Part shown: piece after piece, positions 12,830 to 26,167 of the stretch
Layout: the number at the start of each line of letters is the position of its first letter
Numbering within the stretch: the stretch's first letter is position 1
Assembly (NCBI RefSeq): GCF_037042905.1
Contig: NC_087245.1
Location: forward strand, 34,350,001-34,414,000
Source of the DNA: Lytechinus pictus
Taxonomy: Eukaryota
Direction of reading: 5' to 3'
Length of the DNA stretch: 64,000 nt
The notes under the pieces: model-generated
Databases searched by the model: none
What the model saw: the letters and a program-made list of their open reading frames with translations, nothing else
Told to the model about the DNA's origin: nothing
Translations under genes and position numbers: made by a program

Positions 12830-15800
12830 CCCTTTGCGTGCGACGGGCTTCCACAGAAGCCCAGCGAGTCGTTCACTTAGCTACGACGGGCTTCTACAGA
12901 AGCCGAGATTTGTTTGGTTTAATTCGATGAAGTTTTTCAGCTTTTTCGTAATTGTTTTGTACTAAAACCTTTCCCACTATTTCCTTTATAAACCTATTTC
13001 GACAATCAAATGAAAAAAATATACAGCTACGTGGAGAAAAATCCCTAAAATAGGAAATCATTTCAACTTTACCCGAATTTTTCGTTGGAGTCAGACGGTG
13101 AGGATAAATTTTGTGACGTGCACGTACGCGCGCGCACACTAGGCCTGATCACGTGATTTGTTCTGATCACGTGATTTGATCCATATCGTTGTTCTGAAAG
13201 CCTAAGCTAAAATCTTTTCTGGAAGATCGTCACGTAATAACCTACGCGTTTATTCACCATTTTCCGGTCTTATTTATTTCATCAAGACGATATCACTCTA
13301 GAAAGAATGATATCTCCTTGGTTTCATCGATCGATTGTATTTTCAGAAAAACAAAACGCTTGTCATGTCTTAGTACTTTGAGCTGACCTTGGTGCACTTT
13401 TGAACTTTTTGCCTCCCCATCATCCCTCTTCTTCTCATTATTTTTGTCTACTATTAAAAAAAAAAGAGAAAAGAAAGCAGTTAAGCACACCATTCATCTT
13501 CTGCTCTTTTCAAAAAGGAAACGTCCATGTAGTTCATGATATCGGCACTATCCAAACAAAAGAATGTCTGGGCGGCCACTCAAACAAATTCCTTCCGAAA
13601 AGAGCAGGATACAGATGGTCAACGCCCCGAACAAAAGGAAGATTAGTGTATATCGGCAGGATGACCCGATGAATGCTTTTCGTACTTAGCAATACAAAAA
13701 GCTTTTATGAATACTTTTTTTTCGACCAACATACCTATCAAAAAAAAAAATGTCCCATTTACCGATAACACAGGGGCTTATGACATCCGTCAGTGGTTCA
13801 TATTGCATAAAAAGCGCTTCCCCTGGATGATGATGCATATAAGGATGAACGAAGAATCATTTAGGGAAATTATATTTAAAAATATATGTTCAGATGTCAC
13901 GGAGAACGAGAGAGAATGAAAGACAGAGATAAAAATGAAAATAGACAAGTGCGCTGTTGCTAAAATTCCTTGAATATCTACTTAAACGAATAACAACATG
14001 ACTTTATTTTTTGGTTAGATTACTTTAAAAAAATCCCACAACGTTTGTTTGTCGCAACTCGGTCCTCAGACCCTTGCCAAACTGATGACTTTTTATCATT
14101 ATTCTTGTTTGACCTTGCCCCCCCCCCCCCCGATGGAAATGTTCTGACCTACACTCTAATATTGCTTGTTTGTCTCCTCTCTCCGATTTTCTGTTTTTAA
14201 TTGCGAGTAACGCAGTAGAAAAGATGAGAATAAAGACCGTCCTGGCCACTTCATTTCCCCGTTACGACCCCCCCCCCCAAAAAAAAAAAAAAAATCGCAT
14301 TTGGGGCGCTTACTATGGTTAGCATATAAACCAAAATATTTGGAAAAAAGATGTTATACATGCAGGGACAGCATTTTTTTTTATTGTGCAGGGGTTGAGC
14401 AGCTGCTGTGGGCGGGGGTGAAGCGGCTAAAAAAAATCACAATTTGTTAATTCATGTCATTTTACAGAATGAATTTATAATAGGTTAGGTTTTAGAAGCT
14501 TTTCATCTTATTTCCGCGAAATGGAGGAAATAGAATGATACAGGATGAGAAATTACGTTTAGGCACCCCCTATAAAGAAAACACGTTTGTCTGGCGTGTC
14601 ACGCGATAGAACCCTCTCAATCCTACAAACTTTTATTTATGTGTGGCCTACACACCTCCCCCCCCCAAAAAAAAAAAAATATATATATACCGATCCAAAT
14701 TTTATGGATTTTCCTACTTTTTCGCCAATTTCTTTTTTTTTACCGGCGAATAGCGTGGAAGAAAAGATTCATAGAGGAAAAAAGTTTCAGTGACTGCAAA
14801 CAATCATTTGGGGCGCTTACCCTGGTTAGCATGAAAACTAAAATATCTGATTTTTTAAATAAAAAAAACAGAGAAAGGGAAAACGAGGAAATCCCTAATT
14901 GGTACCGTTTTATAAATACATTATACATGTACATTTTATATTGACAAATGCGCAATCATTTAAACATTTACCATCCGTCAGTCAAATAGAAGGATTTCAG
15001 TAGCTATCTAGTCTTATTGAAAATTTTATATAAAACGGGCCCCTGGTAAATGTTTGACCCCCCTCCCGCTTTCTCTCGTTTTCTCATCCGATATTGCTCT
15101 TATTTTTGTCTTCTATTTCAAAGGAAACAAACAGAAAATAAAGGAATTTAGAACACCGTTTATCCTCTGCTCTTTTGAAAATGAAAACGTCCATGCAGTT
15201 CTTGATCTCGGCACTCCCCAAACAAAAGAAAGTCATGGCGGCCGCTAAAAAAATTCCTTATGAATAGAGCAGGGGACAAATAGCCAACGCCCTGAATAAA
15301 AGGAAGATTAGTGTATTTCGTCAGGATGACCTACTGAATGCTTCTCGTATTTAGCAATACAAAAAGCTCTTAGGAATACTGTTTTTCATATTAGGACAGT
15401 AACATTAAAAAATTAAATGATTACTCATTTTATATTGACAAACCTGCTTAAGCTTAAGACATGGCAAATATTGGAAAAAGATGTATAAATAACAGGGGCC
15501 GCTGAGCGTGTTTTTTATAATGGAGGGGTTGAGCTGAATGTAGAAGGGAGTGATCCGGCCCCTAAAAATCACAAATTTATGGACTTCGCGTTTTTGTATA
15601 CGTTTGCTGAATGGGGGGGGGGGTGGACTGACGCCTCCTACCGACTCCAATGCATCTGTATTTAATTGAACGATTAAAAGATAGAGACAAAATGGTATAC
15701 ACATCTTTCATGGTTTATTTATTGCTTTTGTTTTCGGTTGTGAAAAAATCTAGAACGGTTAGAAAATGAATAAATGAAAGAACAAAATAAAACACTTTTA

Positions 15801-16754
15801 AATTAAAAGCATCTAAATTAATTTTAGATGCTACAAATTCTATAGATGAGAATAATTTACTTTCTCTCATTGTGGCGAACAGTAATCGGTAGCATGGTTA
15901 TTTTGGAGGGAAAAGGGAGATAGAAAAATGAAACGTAGAACGAGACAACTTGGGAGAGCGTTGGGAGGTATTACAGATCCACTGTTTGAGTCACATTTAC
16001 CCCCTTCGCTCTTTGAAATTGCAACAGGATAACAAATCGAAGACTGGTATGCAATCTTCAGAAACAAAATTATATTTTATTACAAGCTATAATTCATGAA
16101 AAGAAGAAAATAAAGGCGATTTTTAGTGAAACATTGAGGCCACCGTCTTGAAGCCCAGAAGCCAAAAATCACAAAATAGTTTCGGACTTTCGTTGCGCAG
16201 CATCATCGTCGTACTTGCAAGGGAATATTCACCCTTTTTTATTCATTCTGGAAATAAGGTACTTGGTATGCTGTGATTTCACCCAAAACGGACTTTCGTC
16301 GTAATTATACACTTTGCAAATGATCTGTATACAAGGGGGTAAAGAGACCATTCATGAGTAGCGTGACTATAGGCAATGAAAAAAGCACCAGAGCAGACGA
16401 CAAAGCGGTATCGATCGAACTCGACTTGTCCGCGCGTGCTGATTGCCCTTACGCATTTTTGTACACAGTGCCTATTGACTTGGGAAAAAGCGAAAATTTG
16501 ACAAAATAACACGACTTTTTCATCTTAAATTTCTTAACTATTCTGTTGATTCGAGAAGCGAGACCTTTAATTCTAGTTAGAAAAATGTCTGATCGTTCAT
16601 CTTTACATTTACAAAAAATCCTGAAAATACTTCAGTTTGGCGCAATTAGCAATAGATTAGGAAAACACCGCCACAGATCCAAAAACCAGCAATGTACAAA
16701 AACGGCTCCGCCGCAGGGAGAGGTATCCGGTTTCACGGGCCCGCACGCAAAGGG
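12830..16754. mobile_element. Non-autonomous or decayed piggyBac-type element (~3.9 kb) in LACTB2 intron 5
   Basis: TIR CCCTTTGCGTGCG at 12830 and CGCACGCAAAGGG ending 16754, flanked by ATAA / TTAA; internal duplication 13490-13720 ~ 15155-15385; no intact transposase ORF. Confidence 0.75.
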
Positions 16755-17104
16755 TTAACATCTCAGTTACACATCAGAAAATACAACAAAATGATGTGCA
16801 TGAAATCAGCAAGCATAAAAAAACTGACCATTACTTAATGAAGCAAGCAAGTCTTGAATTCAATAATTACATTTTTTCAACAGAAAACCAAGAAGAGATT
16901 ATCTATTAGACTAAAGATCAGTACAGTTTTGTTATATTATGAATCAAACTATGAAATCTAAGAAGAAAAAAATCTGCATAAAATACACAACTGTAGCAGT
17001 CATAGTTAATCTTGGTTTGAAAAATTGGTTCAACTTGGGTGAATATTCGTGAAAGTTTACCCGTATTCGAAAAATGTGGGTGACTTCTCATACATTTGTA
17101 AATA

Positions 17105-17420
17105 ATAATAGTCAGGTTTTATATAGCACAGGAAAGAATAAGATGTGTTGGCGAGTTCATTTTGTCGAGATGAATAAGTACTAGTAGGATATTAAGAACC
17201 GTTTTGAATTTTTTAACAGAATCAATTGTTTTCAGGGAGTTTGTTCCATGAAACGGGGGCTGCATGAGCAAATGCATATTCACCGTATAATTTTGTTGAT
17301 ACTGGAGGAGCGATTAATCAATTCTTACTTTGTAAACAGAGATGACACGTTGGCTTATAGACAGTAATCATTCAAGTATGAAGGAACAAGTCCATAGAAA
17401 CATTACATTGACTCTATTTG
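17105..17420 (-). mobile_element. Decayed L2/CR1-group LINE 3' fragment
   Basis: Minus-strand remnants CFYGLVPSYL and YGEYAFAHAAPVSWNKLP, typical of the L2 ORF2 C-terminus, followed by a (TAT)n tail. Confidence 0.6.
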
Positions 17421-17654
17421 TAAACCAAATACAGTCAAACCTCAAGCAACTACCTGTATTGAGGGAAAGCCTGTCTGTAAAGACCAAAATTTGGTTTCCA
17501 ATGAATAGATTCCCCCATTGAAACATGGATTGGGCGATTCCATGTTCTAGAAAAGTCAGCCATTTTCAAAAAAATTTCAACCTGCTGTCCAAACAAATGA
17601 CGAACTTCAATTTGTTTTGTGGTAATAATAAAGTACTATTGGGTAATCATGTAA

Positions 17655-18505
17655 AACAAGTGGGGCGCCTCTGGCAGTCTCACCTGCATTACGTGATTCA
17701 ATAAAGCAGCAGTGCTGACTTTGAAAACTGCTATAAAATAATTATTCACAAAAAACACCATTCACATAATGATACAATATTATGTTCATTGACCCTGAAT
17801 GACATTTGACCTTGATCATGTCTTATCAGTGATACTTAATTACCCCTTTGTCCAAAATTCATTAACTATATCCATAAACTTTGAAAGTTATGACTTAATA
17901 ATTACCTCCAACATGGAGTTCATTGACCTTAAATTACCTTTGACCTTGGTCATGTAACCTGAAACTCACACAGGATGTTCAGTGATACTTGATTACTCTT
18001 ATGTCCAAATTTTATGAATCAGATCCATAAACTGTCAAAGTTATGATGGTAATTCAACAAATACCCCCAACTTGGCCAAAGTTCATTGACCTTAAATGAC
18101 CTTTGACCTTAGTCATGTGACTTGAAACTCAGGCATGATGTTTAGTAATATTTTACTACCCTTATGGCCAAGTTTCATAAACTAGGTCCATATACTTTCT
18201 AAGTTATGATATTTCAAGACTTAACCTTAGGTTGAGATTTCGATATTGACTCCCCCAACATGGTCTAAGTTCATTGACCCTAAATGACCTTTGGCCTTTG
18301 TCATGTGACCTGAAACTCAGGCAGGATCTTCAGTTATACTTGATTAAGCTAATGTCGAAGTTTCATGAACTAGGTCTATAAACTTTCTACTTCTGCTGTC
18401 AATTCAAAAACTTAACCTTCAGTTAAGATTTGATGCTGACGCCGCTGCCACCGCCGTCGGAAAAGCGGCGCCTATAGTCTCACTCTGCTATGCAGGTGAG
18501 ACAAA
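17655..18505. mobile_element. Helentron/DINE-like non-autonomous repeat with internal ~135-bp tandem units; further copies 28675-29360 and 31958-32914
   Basis: All three copies begin AACAAGTGG and have subterminal inverted repeats GTCTCACCTGCAT / ATGCAGGTGAGAC, a GC-rich hairpin near one end, A-run flanks and a variable number of TGACCTTTGACCTTG-containing units. Confidence 0.7.
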
Positions 18506-19149
18506 AATGACAACCAACAAAGATATGTTGCCCATGGGTGAATTACAGGTGAAAATATTGCGTATCGTACAGGACATTTCTGAGTCCCGTACGACACACA
18601 ACATGTTCACCTTTAATCCACCCATGATCAAACATTTTTTATTGGTTATCAGCTTTTTACATGACTACCCACTTATTACTTTAATATTGACAAAAAAAGA
18701 AAATTGTATCGCTCAAGTATTCAGCTAAAAGAATTATAAATTGTTGTCAAAATGTCTCGTATGACATGTATGGAATAGCCTCATTAAAGAAACCTGTCTA
18801 TAAAGGTAACCTGCTCATAAAGACCACTTTTCTTGTCTCCCTTGGATGGTCTTTATATGCAGGTGGTTGTTTCATAGAGCTGTTGCTAAGTTACGAATGA
18901 CTGGTGAACCTCTCTTTGGAACTATATCAACACCAATGAAATGTATCATTTACCATAAGAAGGGATCACAAGTCTGTCATAAAGTTGATCGTGACTTACA
19001 AACAGCTTTGTATGAGAACGCCGACAAGGTTTTACTGTACATATGAATGTAGTTTGCTGTACAAACCCTTCGCTCAAGGAAAGGGATCCAAACATGCAGC
19101 CTAATGTCCCTGCCAATGACTGTCTTGTAGAAGGCTCTGAAACTATCTG

Positions 19150-19545
19150 ACGTACAATCACCAGCATCTGGTTGTCGCGTACGTTTGGGTTTAGGGGTCA
19201 AGCGCTATTGCCAGTTAATTTTGATAGTGTGCTTTTGAGACAAGGGTGTTGATATCCAAACTTTCAAGTTTGAGTTTGAATACTCCTATGTCTTTGGAAT
19301 TTCTGACATCCTCACCAAGAAGGTTCCATTCCGGGATGGTCTTGGGATACAGGGAGTGTCGGTAGCAGTCTTTATTTGATCTAATAAGGTTGTATTTGAG
19401 AGTTCCCTTTTGTCTGGTTCGATATCTACAACTGGTTGGGTTTAGAGATTGAAGGTGCGCTGATATGTTGGAGGGTACAAATCCAACGGCAAGTTGTATT
19501 TTGCTTGTCTGGTGTGAAAACCCTGCTGTTGATCAAAGTTGCAAT
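19150..19545 (-). mobile_element. 5'-truncated non-LTR retrotransposon (CR1/L2 group) 3' end
   Basis: Minus-strand reading RTRQKGTLKYNLIRSNKDCYRHSLYPKTIPEWNLL...FKLKL...* matches the S-F/Y-P-R/K-T-I-x-x-W-N ORF2 tail motif. Confidence 0.7.
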
Positions 19546-19604
19546 CATGGTCTGTGCCTGCAGTGCAGACTAAAATCAATGAGGGTCCAAAGAGGTAAAC
19601 TTAC

Positions 19605-19829
19605 GGTGTAGATGATCTTGACCAGATCCATGGCATCCATGTCTTTACCATCGTGTTCCCGAAGGACCGCACTGATCTGGCTCTCCCGCAGGTTACGATG
19701 GTCAATGTACATCTGGAGCTTGGGCACGGCGTCATCCACTATGGGACCATGGCCAGGGTAAAGCCGAGAGGGGTTGATGGAGACGAGCAATTCCAGCGAT
19801 TTCATGTATGTATACAGGTCCTCGAACAC
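19605..19829 (-). CDS. LACTB2: LACTB2 exon 5 (VFEDLYTYMKSL...LYPGHGP...KIIYT)
   Basis: 225 nt, phase 0/0, AG/GTAAG flanks; MBL motif PGHG. Confidence 0.95.
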
Positions 19830-20240
19830 CTGAGAGAAAGAGAGAGAGAGAGACAGATGTAAAGGAAGGAAGGAAGGAAGGAAGGAAAGAAAGAAAGAAA
19901 GAAAGAGACAGAGACAAAACATCAAAATCAGATCATCAAATGTTCTAAAAGATTTATTGCATAAATCAATATCATTGTATTCCTGCACAGAACACGAACA
20001 GGGTAATGAGAAAATAATTCACAGATTTTTATATGAATAGTGAAATTAACAAGATCTGAACTGGTTTGGTTGAAGGGAAACCATATCATGCAGTTTTATT
20101 CTTATCTATAGTATTTCTTTTTTTTATTTGCTGCATAGGCCTTGATTCAACCAAGATGGTACACAGTATTACCATTCAGCGGACTGTAAAATCCTTATGA
20201 TATTATGACGGTTAATACTACTATCTAAACAAATAGTGAA

Positions 20241-20728
20241 TAGGCATGAGTTCGATGGTTCGAGATTTCACAAGAGGTGAAATAAAGATGCTCTATTCAA
20301 CGAGGCGTTAGCCAAGTTGAATAGAGCGTTTCTTTCACCGAATGCGAAATCTCGCACCATTGCACGATTAAGAATATTCGGTATTTGTGTTGTACAACGC
20401 CTCGGAATCTAGCTAAAATATGAAAAAAGTTTTTCCCTGCAGTAATCTATGAAAAGGGAGCAAAAATATTGAAAGCGAAAGGCAAAATCCCACAAGCCGG
20501 GCCCACAAGTGCGCGTCTTGGGCAGCATTGCGCATTTAGCCAGCATGCTATACGCATATTACACCTTCATTTTTACCGAGCGCAATGAATTAAATCGCAT
20601 TGTGACGTCACCTCCTAAAGCCGTGCAACGGTACATTTTGGATGGTACGTCGTGTGTTAACGGTACGAATGTTTGACATTCAGCCTCCCATTTGGTCGCG
20701 TACAACAAGCTAAAGTAGGCGTTGTACA
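20241..20728. repeat. ~490-bp interspersed repeat; second copy at ~57085-57563
   Basis: Two highly similar copies (AATAGGCATGAG...GTTGTACAATA) with an internal hairpin GCTCTATTCAAC...GTTGAATAGAG. Confidence 0.8.
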
Positions 20729-20756
20729 ATACCATCTATAAAGTGGTAATACTTAC

Positions 20757-20859
20757 AGCTGTGCCTTCTCCCAACACACAATCACCAGTAAAGACAGCAT
20801 TCTCCTCCTCTAGTACTAACACCATATGGTCATCAGTATGGCCGGGTGTGTAGACAACC
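20757..20859 (-). CDS. LACTB2: LACTB2 exon 4 ((R)[34 protein letters not shown])
   Basis: 103 nt, AG/GTAAGT flanks; MBL motifs TPGHT and GD. Confidence 0.95.
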
Positions 20860-22534
20860 CTAAAAATAAAGAAAGAGAGGACTAATTTAGAATGGCAGCT
20901 GATCAACGCATATAAAGTACTGAATTAAAAATTACCAGGGAAATATGCTTATGTTTATGAATCTCGAGTCAAAGGGCAACTGATGTGTTTCTTCAAAAAT
21001 GCATGACAATAAATGTAATCTACTTTAATTTAATTTAAATATTACTGAGATTTTAATGCCCATGTTTTCATTTTTTCATTTCATTTATTGTTTCTGCAAC
21101 TTTTTCAAATACAAAATAACAAAGAAAATACATAATACATAACAAAATATATAACAATAAAAAATATGAACAGGGTTGTATTTTCGATAACAATGATTTT
21201 AAGAAGGTTGCATGTGAAACTGAACAAAGAAATATAATATCATTACAGATATATCAGTGTCACAATGAAATGCATTTATTTCATTTATTCATTTTTCCCC
21301 AGCAAAGCTTGCTTTATATTTTCTTCTAAGTTTCACTCCAAGGCCAGGTTGCTAAGAGCATGGAGGTAAAAGGAATGGAGAGACAACGATATTCAAATGG
21401 CTTCAAATTTCTGAAGAAGAACAAAGGAATATTTAGGTGCACTGGTAGCCTTTGGTGACAACCTATGATGCCGCCAGTTTCATGCAAAAATTGAAAAGTG
21501 ATTTGTGTTGAAAATAGATAACTGGGATATATCCATGTTTATTTGAGCACAAAACATAGATATTGAACACAAGAAAAATGCACATCAAAGGTTTATTGTT
21601 TCCTAACATTGGGCAAAATATTGAATGATAACAGTTTTAACAGTTTTAATAATTTGACATTTCAAAAAATCAACATTTTAAGAAATGCCACAAACTTCCT
21701 CACTATAAAAATGTTATGATTAGTTTGTTGAAATACATTGATTTGTGATGCTGTGTGTCAGATCTGCGGCAAAATGTGGCCAGTCGAGTATAAATATCAA
21801 ATCATATTTTAAGAAATATTGCAACATTTATTTTCACTGTCCCCTGTAAAAGTGAGGCAGCGTTAAGTAATTATCATTATTGTATTACTGTATTTCGCCT
21901 GTAAGTCTATAGTTAGGCAGGAATCTTTTGTCTACAGCCTGCAAGAAATATGCAATGAAACACATGTGTAACATATTTATCATTGTGGCATCAAAGTGGC
22001 TATAAGGGGAAAATGTTTGATGGTTCTCCAAGTCTTCAAACTCCTTGCTAAGAGACAAGGAATAGATCTTATCAACAATGTGAAGTGAATGAGAGATGTG
22101 TGTGAGAGATTCTTTTGCTAGAACTTAATAGGATAATGTACATATCTCTTGTGTGTTGTCTACAGGGTAGTAAATTTTTTATAGGCCCTGTTTAGTTGAG
22201 CTCAATGAGCCTTTCTTTTTAACAACTGCTTGTGATACTTTGGGGAATTAGAAAATTGGGAGAAGACCCCAGTGGCTTTCCAGTAGTTTTCTTGGCATTG
22301 CATCTTTAGACTTTGTGAAGCACACATATTGCAGTCTGAGGGAGACGCCATTTTGGCTGACATCTTGATATAACTTTCAATTTCAACTTTAAATAAAAAA
22401 GCAGCTATTTTGATTGATATAGCAGCCTTTTGACTGACATTTGCTGAAGCTTTTACAAGCCTGTATGAGGTCAGATCTAAGCAGAATTCATGTTATTTTT
22501 TATGCCTGTATTGAAGAAGCCATCGCTTTTGGAC

Positions 22535-23172
22535 CATAGTCTCTTTCTCGATTCTCTGCCCCTATCTAATTCAAACTGACAACAAACAGATTGGCCTAGC
22601 TTTAGATACCTTGTAGCCTCCAACCTACCACTCCCGGCCTCGGCGATTGTGACACGACAGTCATCAGCTCAGCCTCAGCTCATGCAACCTCGACCTCACC
22701 TTCACCAAAATAGATCCTTGATCACAAAAGAAAATTTTGGACCATAGCCCCTTTCTCGATCCTCTGCCCCTATCTACTTCAAACTGACTACAAACAGATT
22801 GGCCTAGCTTTAGATACCTTGTAGCCTCCAACCTACCACTCCCGGCCTCGGCGATTGTGACACGACAGTCATCAGCTCAGCCTCAGCTTGTGCAACCTCA
22901 CCTGCACCACGATAGATCCCTTGCTCACTATCACTTTGATCACAAAAGAAAATTTTGGATGACAGCCCCTTTCTCGACCCTCTGCCCCTATCTACTTCAA
23001 ACTGACAACAAGCAGACTGGCCTAGCTTTAGATACCTTGTAGCCTCCAACCTATCCCTCGCGGCCCCGGCTTTGGCGATTATGACACGACAGTCATCAGC
23101 TCAGCCTCAGCTCATGCAACCTCGACATCACCTGCACCAAGACAGATCCCTTGCTCACTTGATCACAAAAGA
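22535..23172. repeat. Tandem repeat, ~3 units of ~220-230 bp
   Basis: GGCCTAGCTTTAGATACCTTGTAGCCTCCAACCTA...GACACGACAGTCATCAGCTCAGCCTCAGC occurs three times. Confidence 0.85.
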
Positions 23173-24403
23173 AACCAGCAGGTTCGAAGCGCTGTATGAC
23201 GTGTGCTGCACCGTACATGATCGGTCCATCGCCCCGACCTGGTGACTAGCTCGCATTGTACCGACGACCATCACGTCAAACAATGATGATCACTTGCATA
23301 GCTCTCCCCGTAACCAATGGGAAATATCATGATCTCCCAACTAAAGATGGTTCCAAGATCGGGATAAATCAACATTTAGATGATTTCCAGAATTGGGACA
23401 TTTTCCCAAGGTCGTGTCGATTTGGACTTTGACCAATGATACGAAGTACCTGACTTCAAAGGAGGTTTTCGGCTAGCAAGCTACCAGACAGATAACTTGT
23501 TGTAAAGAACAATGAGAGGAATATCAGAAACTCTTTAGAATTGAGATCGGAAATACAGACATTACTTTTTTTTTAAGATGACTGAACAGTTGATTGATGG
23601 TATTGAGAAGAGTTATTTTAAATTTGGACCCTGGTGAGATTGTAAGATGTAGGATTGTAGAGTTTTGAGCTAGAGATTAGTTGAAGATCTAGGCTCATGT
23701 TTGAAGATGTAGAAGATTTTTTAAATGTGATCACAAAATGTATTCAGAGATATTATGGTGTGAAGAAAAATTCTATAAAGACGGATCAATACAGGGTCCT
23801 TTTAAAGGAATTTTTGGCAGAGTTACAATTGTGAAAAGAAACGAAACAAAGTTAAAGGTTTAATTGAGATTTTTGAAGGGTGTTGTTATTATAGATGAAA
23901 GTGTGATACACTAAGATGTTGAAGATTAGTTTTTACTGATTAGATCAGTGCAGGATCCTTTCAGGGATATTGTATTCAGAGACAGGTTGAGTTTGATATT
24001 ACAAATTGGATCAATACATGATCCTTGGGTTTTCTTTTAATTGTGAACCGGTGAATCAGAGTGATAGGTTGACATCACTTTATCGTTTGGCTGTGTTAAT
24101 ACTATTTTTTCCACCAAATTGAACTTCAAAGAGAAATGTTTTGATATTGGAATTTTTGTATACTGAAATGAATTGTAAATTGTGATTTGGTACACACTGA
24201 GTTTATCTGACTTTTATTAGAGTCCAACCATGTGACAATCAGATAAATATAACAACAAAAAAGGTGAATGGTCACTTGATAATACAAAAACTTGGAGAGT
24301 ATGAATTAAACTTGGATTTGGGTCAACTTGAGGGAACTGAAAGCTCATAGATAATTCATATCCTGAGCCACACAAGACAATGCATAGATACAGGGATACT
24401 CAC

Positions 24404-24530
24404 CTCAATGTAGCGCCCTCTGTTGTGACCTTCTCTCCATCTTGAAGGTAGTTGTATGTGAGCTTATCTCCATTGATTGTTTCTGCTTGATATGGGTGGC
24501 GAGGCAGCTTTGAAACCTTGACATTATTCT
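24404..24530 (-). CDS. LACTB2: LACTB2 exon 3 ((E)NNVKVSKLPRHPY...YLQDGEKVTTEGATL)
   Basis: 127 nt, CAG/GTGAGT flanks, phases consistent with neighbours. Confidence 0.95.
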
Positions 24531-25223
24531 CTGAATAACACAAATAAAAGAATCAAATATTCAAGCAGAAATCTTGCATCACATTGTTTTACAAGTTGTT
24601 CAAATTCATGGATCATTTTGTACCATTAAGAAAGATTTCATCATAATTGCATTTGAATTTTCAAACTCCATTCAAATTGTAAAACCAACCCTCAACATTC
24701 ATAAATATGAGTAAATTCATAGAAAGCTGAAAATATATATTTTTAAAGTATATATTCTACTGCACCACCGGTACACATGTATATTTTTCCTGGTGCCTCA
24801 TTTGATAAAATCTTGCAAAACTTTGCCATTATGGACACTATCACTAAACATTAAAAAAATGAAAAGCTATGTAGCAAGATATTGAAAGAAATTCAATTCA
24901 ATTCACTTTATTCACATCCATTAAAAAATATACAACATACAATATTATATGAACAATAAGAAACAATCAAATTTGATCAATATGATCATGCTTGAAAATA
25001 ATTATTTTCTGTTACTTACTAATTTGCTTTATTATATTCTTATATATCTTTTATATTTATTAACTCTTTATTCATTCATTCTTTTCCATTATCTATTTTT
25101 ATAATCTCACTTCCTTTTATTTCATTTATATTTATATTTTTTTGGTGGAGGGGGGGGGGGCAGCCCTCTCCCTTTCAACACCAGGGCTTAACTTGGTAGG
25201 ATAAAAAGAAGTTGGCAGCTCAC

Positions 25224-25387
25224 CTAACTGAAGTTCTTGAAAGATATCATCAATGCCACCTACATGATCGTGATGCCAATGAGTTAGAAGAATCTCTTGT
25301 ATTGACGTCCCATTCTCAGCCAGAGTATTCCTCAGATTCTTGAGAAATTCAGGTTTGTTTTCTTCACCAGTGTCGATCAACACTCTC
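25224..25387 (-). CDS. LACTB2: LACTB2 exon 2 (RVLIDTGE...ILLTHWHHDHVGG...LQL)
   Basis: 164 nt, TAG/GTGAG flanks; metal-binding HxHxDH motif THWHHDH. Confidence 0.95.
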
Positions 25388-25563
25388 CTATAGACAAACA
25401 CACAGAAATGCAATTCAAAGAGAAAGTTAATCAAAACTGAATTACCTGGTAGGTACAGCACTAGTCTGCAGGCACAGACACTTGGTTTTCGCAATTCGCA
25501 TAATGCAGAGTCTGAAGTAGTAAGACTACAAAGACAGAGGCCATATTCTGAAGTCAGGTTTAA

Positions 25564-26167
25564 AGGGATGGTCCAGGCTAGAGATATTTATATCTCAATA
25601 AATAGAGTAAAATTCACAAAGCATAATGCTGAAAATTTGATCAAAATTGGATAACTAATAACAAAGTTATTGAACTTTAAAGATTTGCATTATTCCGGTG
25701 AAACAGTTCTAGGCAGGTCTTTATGAATATTCATAAGATGTGCCCATGATGTCATATCTCCACTTGTTCTTTGGTATTTCATTATATGAAATTAGGTTTA
25801 TTCAAAATATTTCTACCAAGAACTAAAACAATTGGATTGACCACTGATTAAGTGCATTAGTTATTTATTGTCACAACTTATTCCATCATAATGGAGACAC
25901 ATCATTTACACATGTATGAAAATATGAAACATTTATGATTTCATATAATAACATAAGAAAAGGGAAAGTGGAGATGTGACATCATCAGCCCACCTAATGA
26001 ATATTAATGACAATGTGCATATAACTGTTTTCACAAAATATTTACAAACTTTAAAATTCAATAACTTTGTTATTTGTTATCCGATTTTCATGAAATTTTT
26101 AGCATTTTGCTCTGTGAATTTTACTCTTTTTATTTAGATATAAATATTTTCAGCCTGGACCATCCCT
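25564..26167. mobile_element. ~600-bp MITE with TTAA target duplication (Kolobok-like); copies 30194-30777, 43743-44336, 54412-55607; related families ~27058-27639, ~55705-56299, ~59668-60160
   Basis: TTAA-AGGGATGGTCCAGGCT...AGCCTGGACCATCCCT-TTAA; purine-purine termini with TTAA flanks. Confidence 0.8.
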
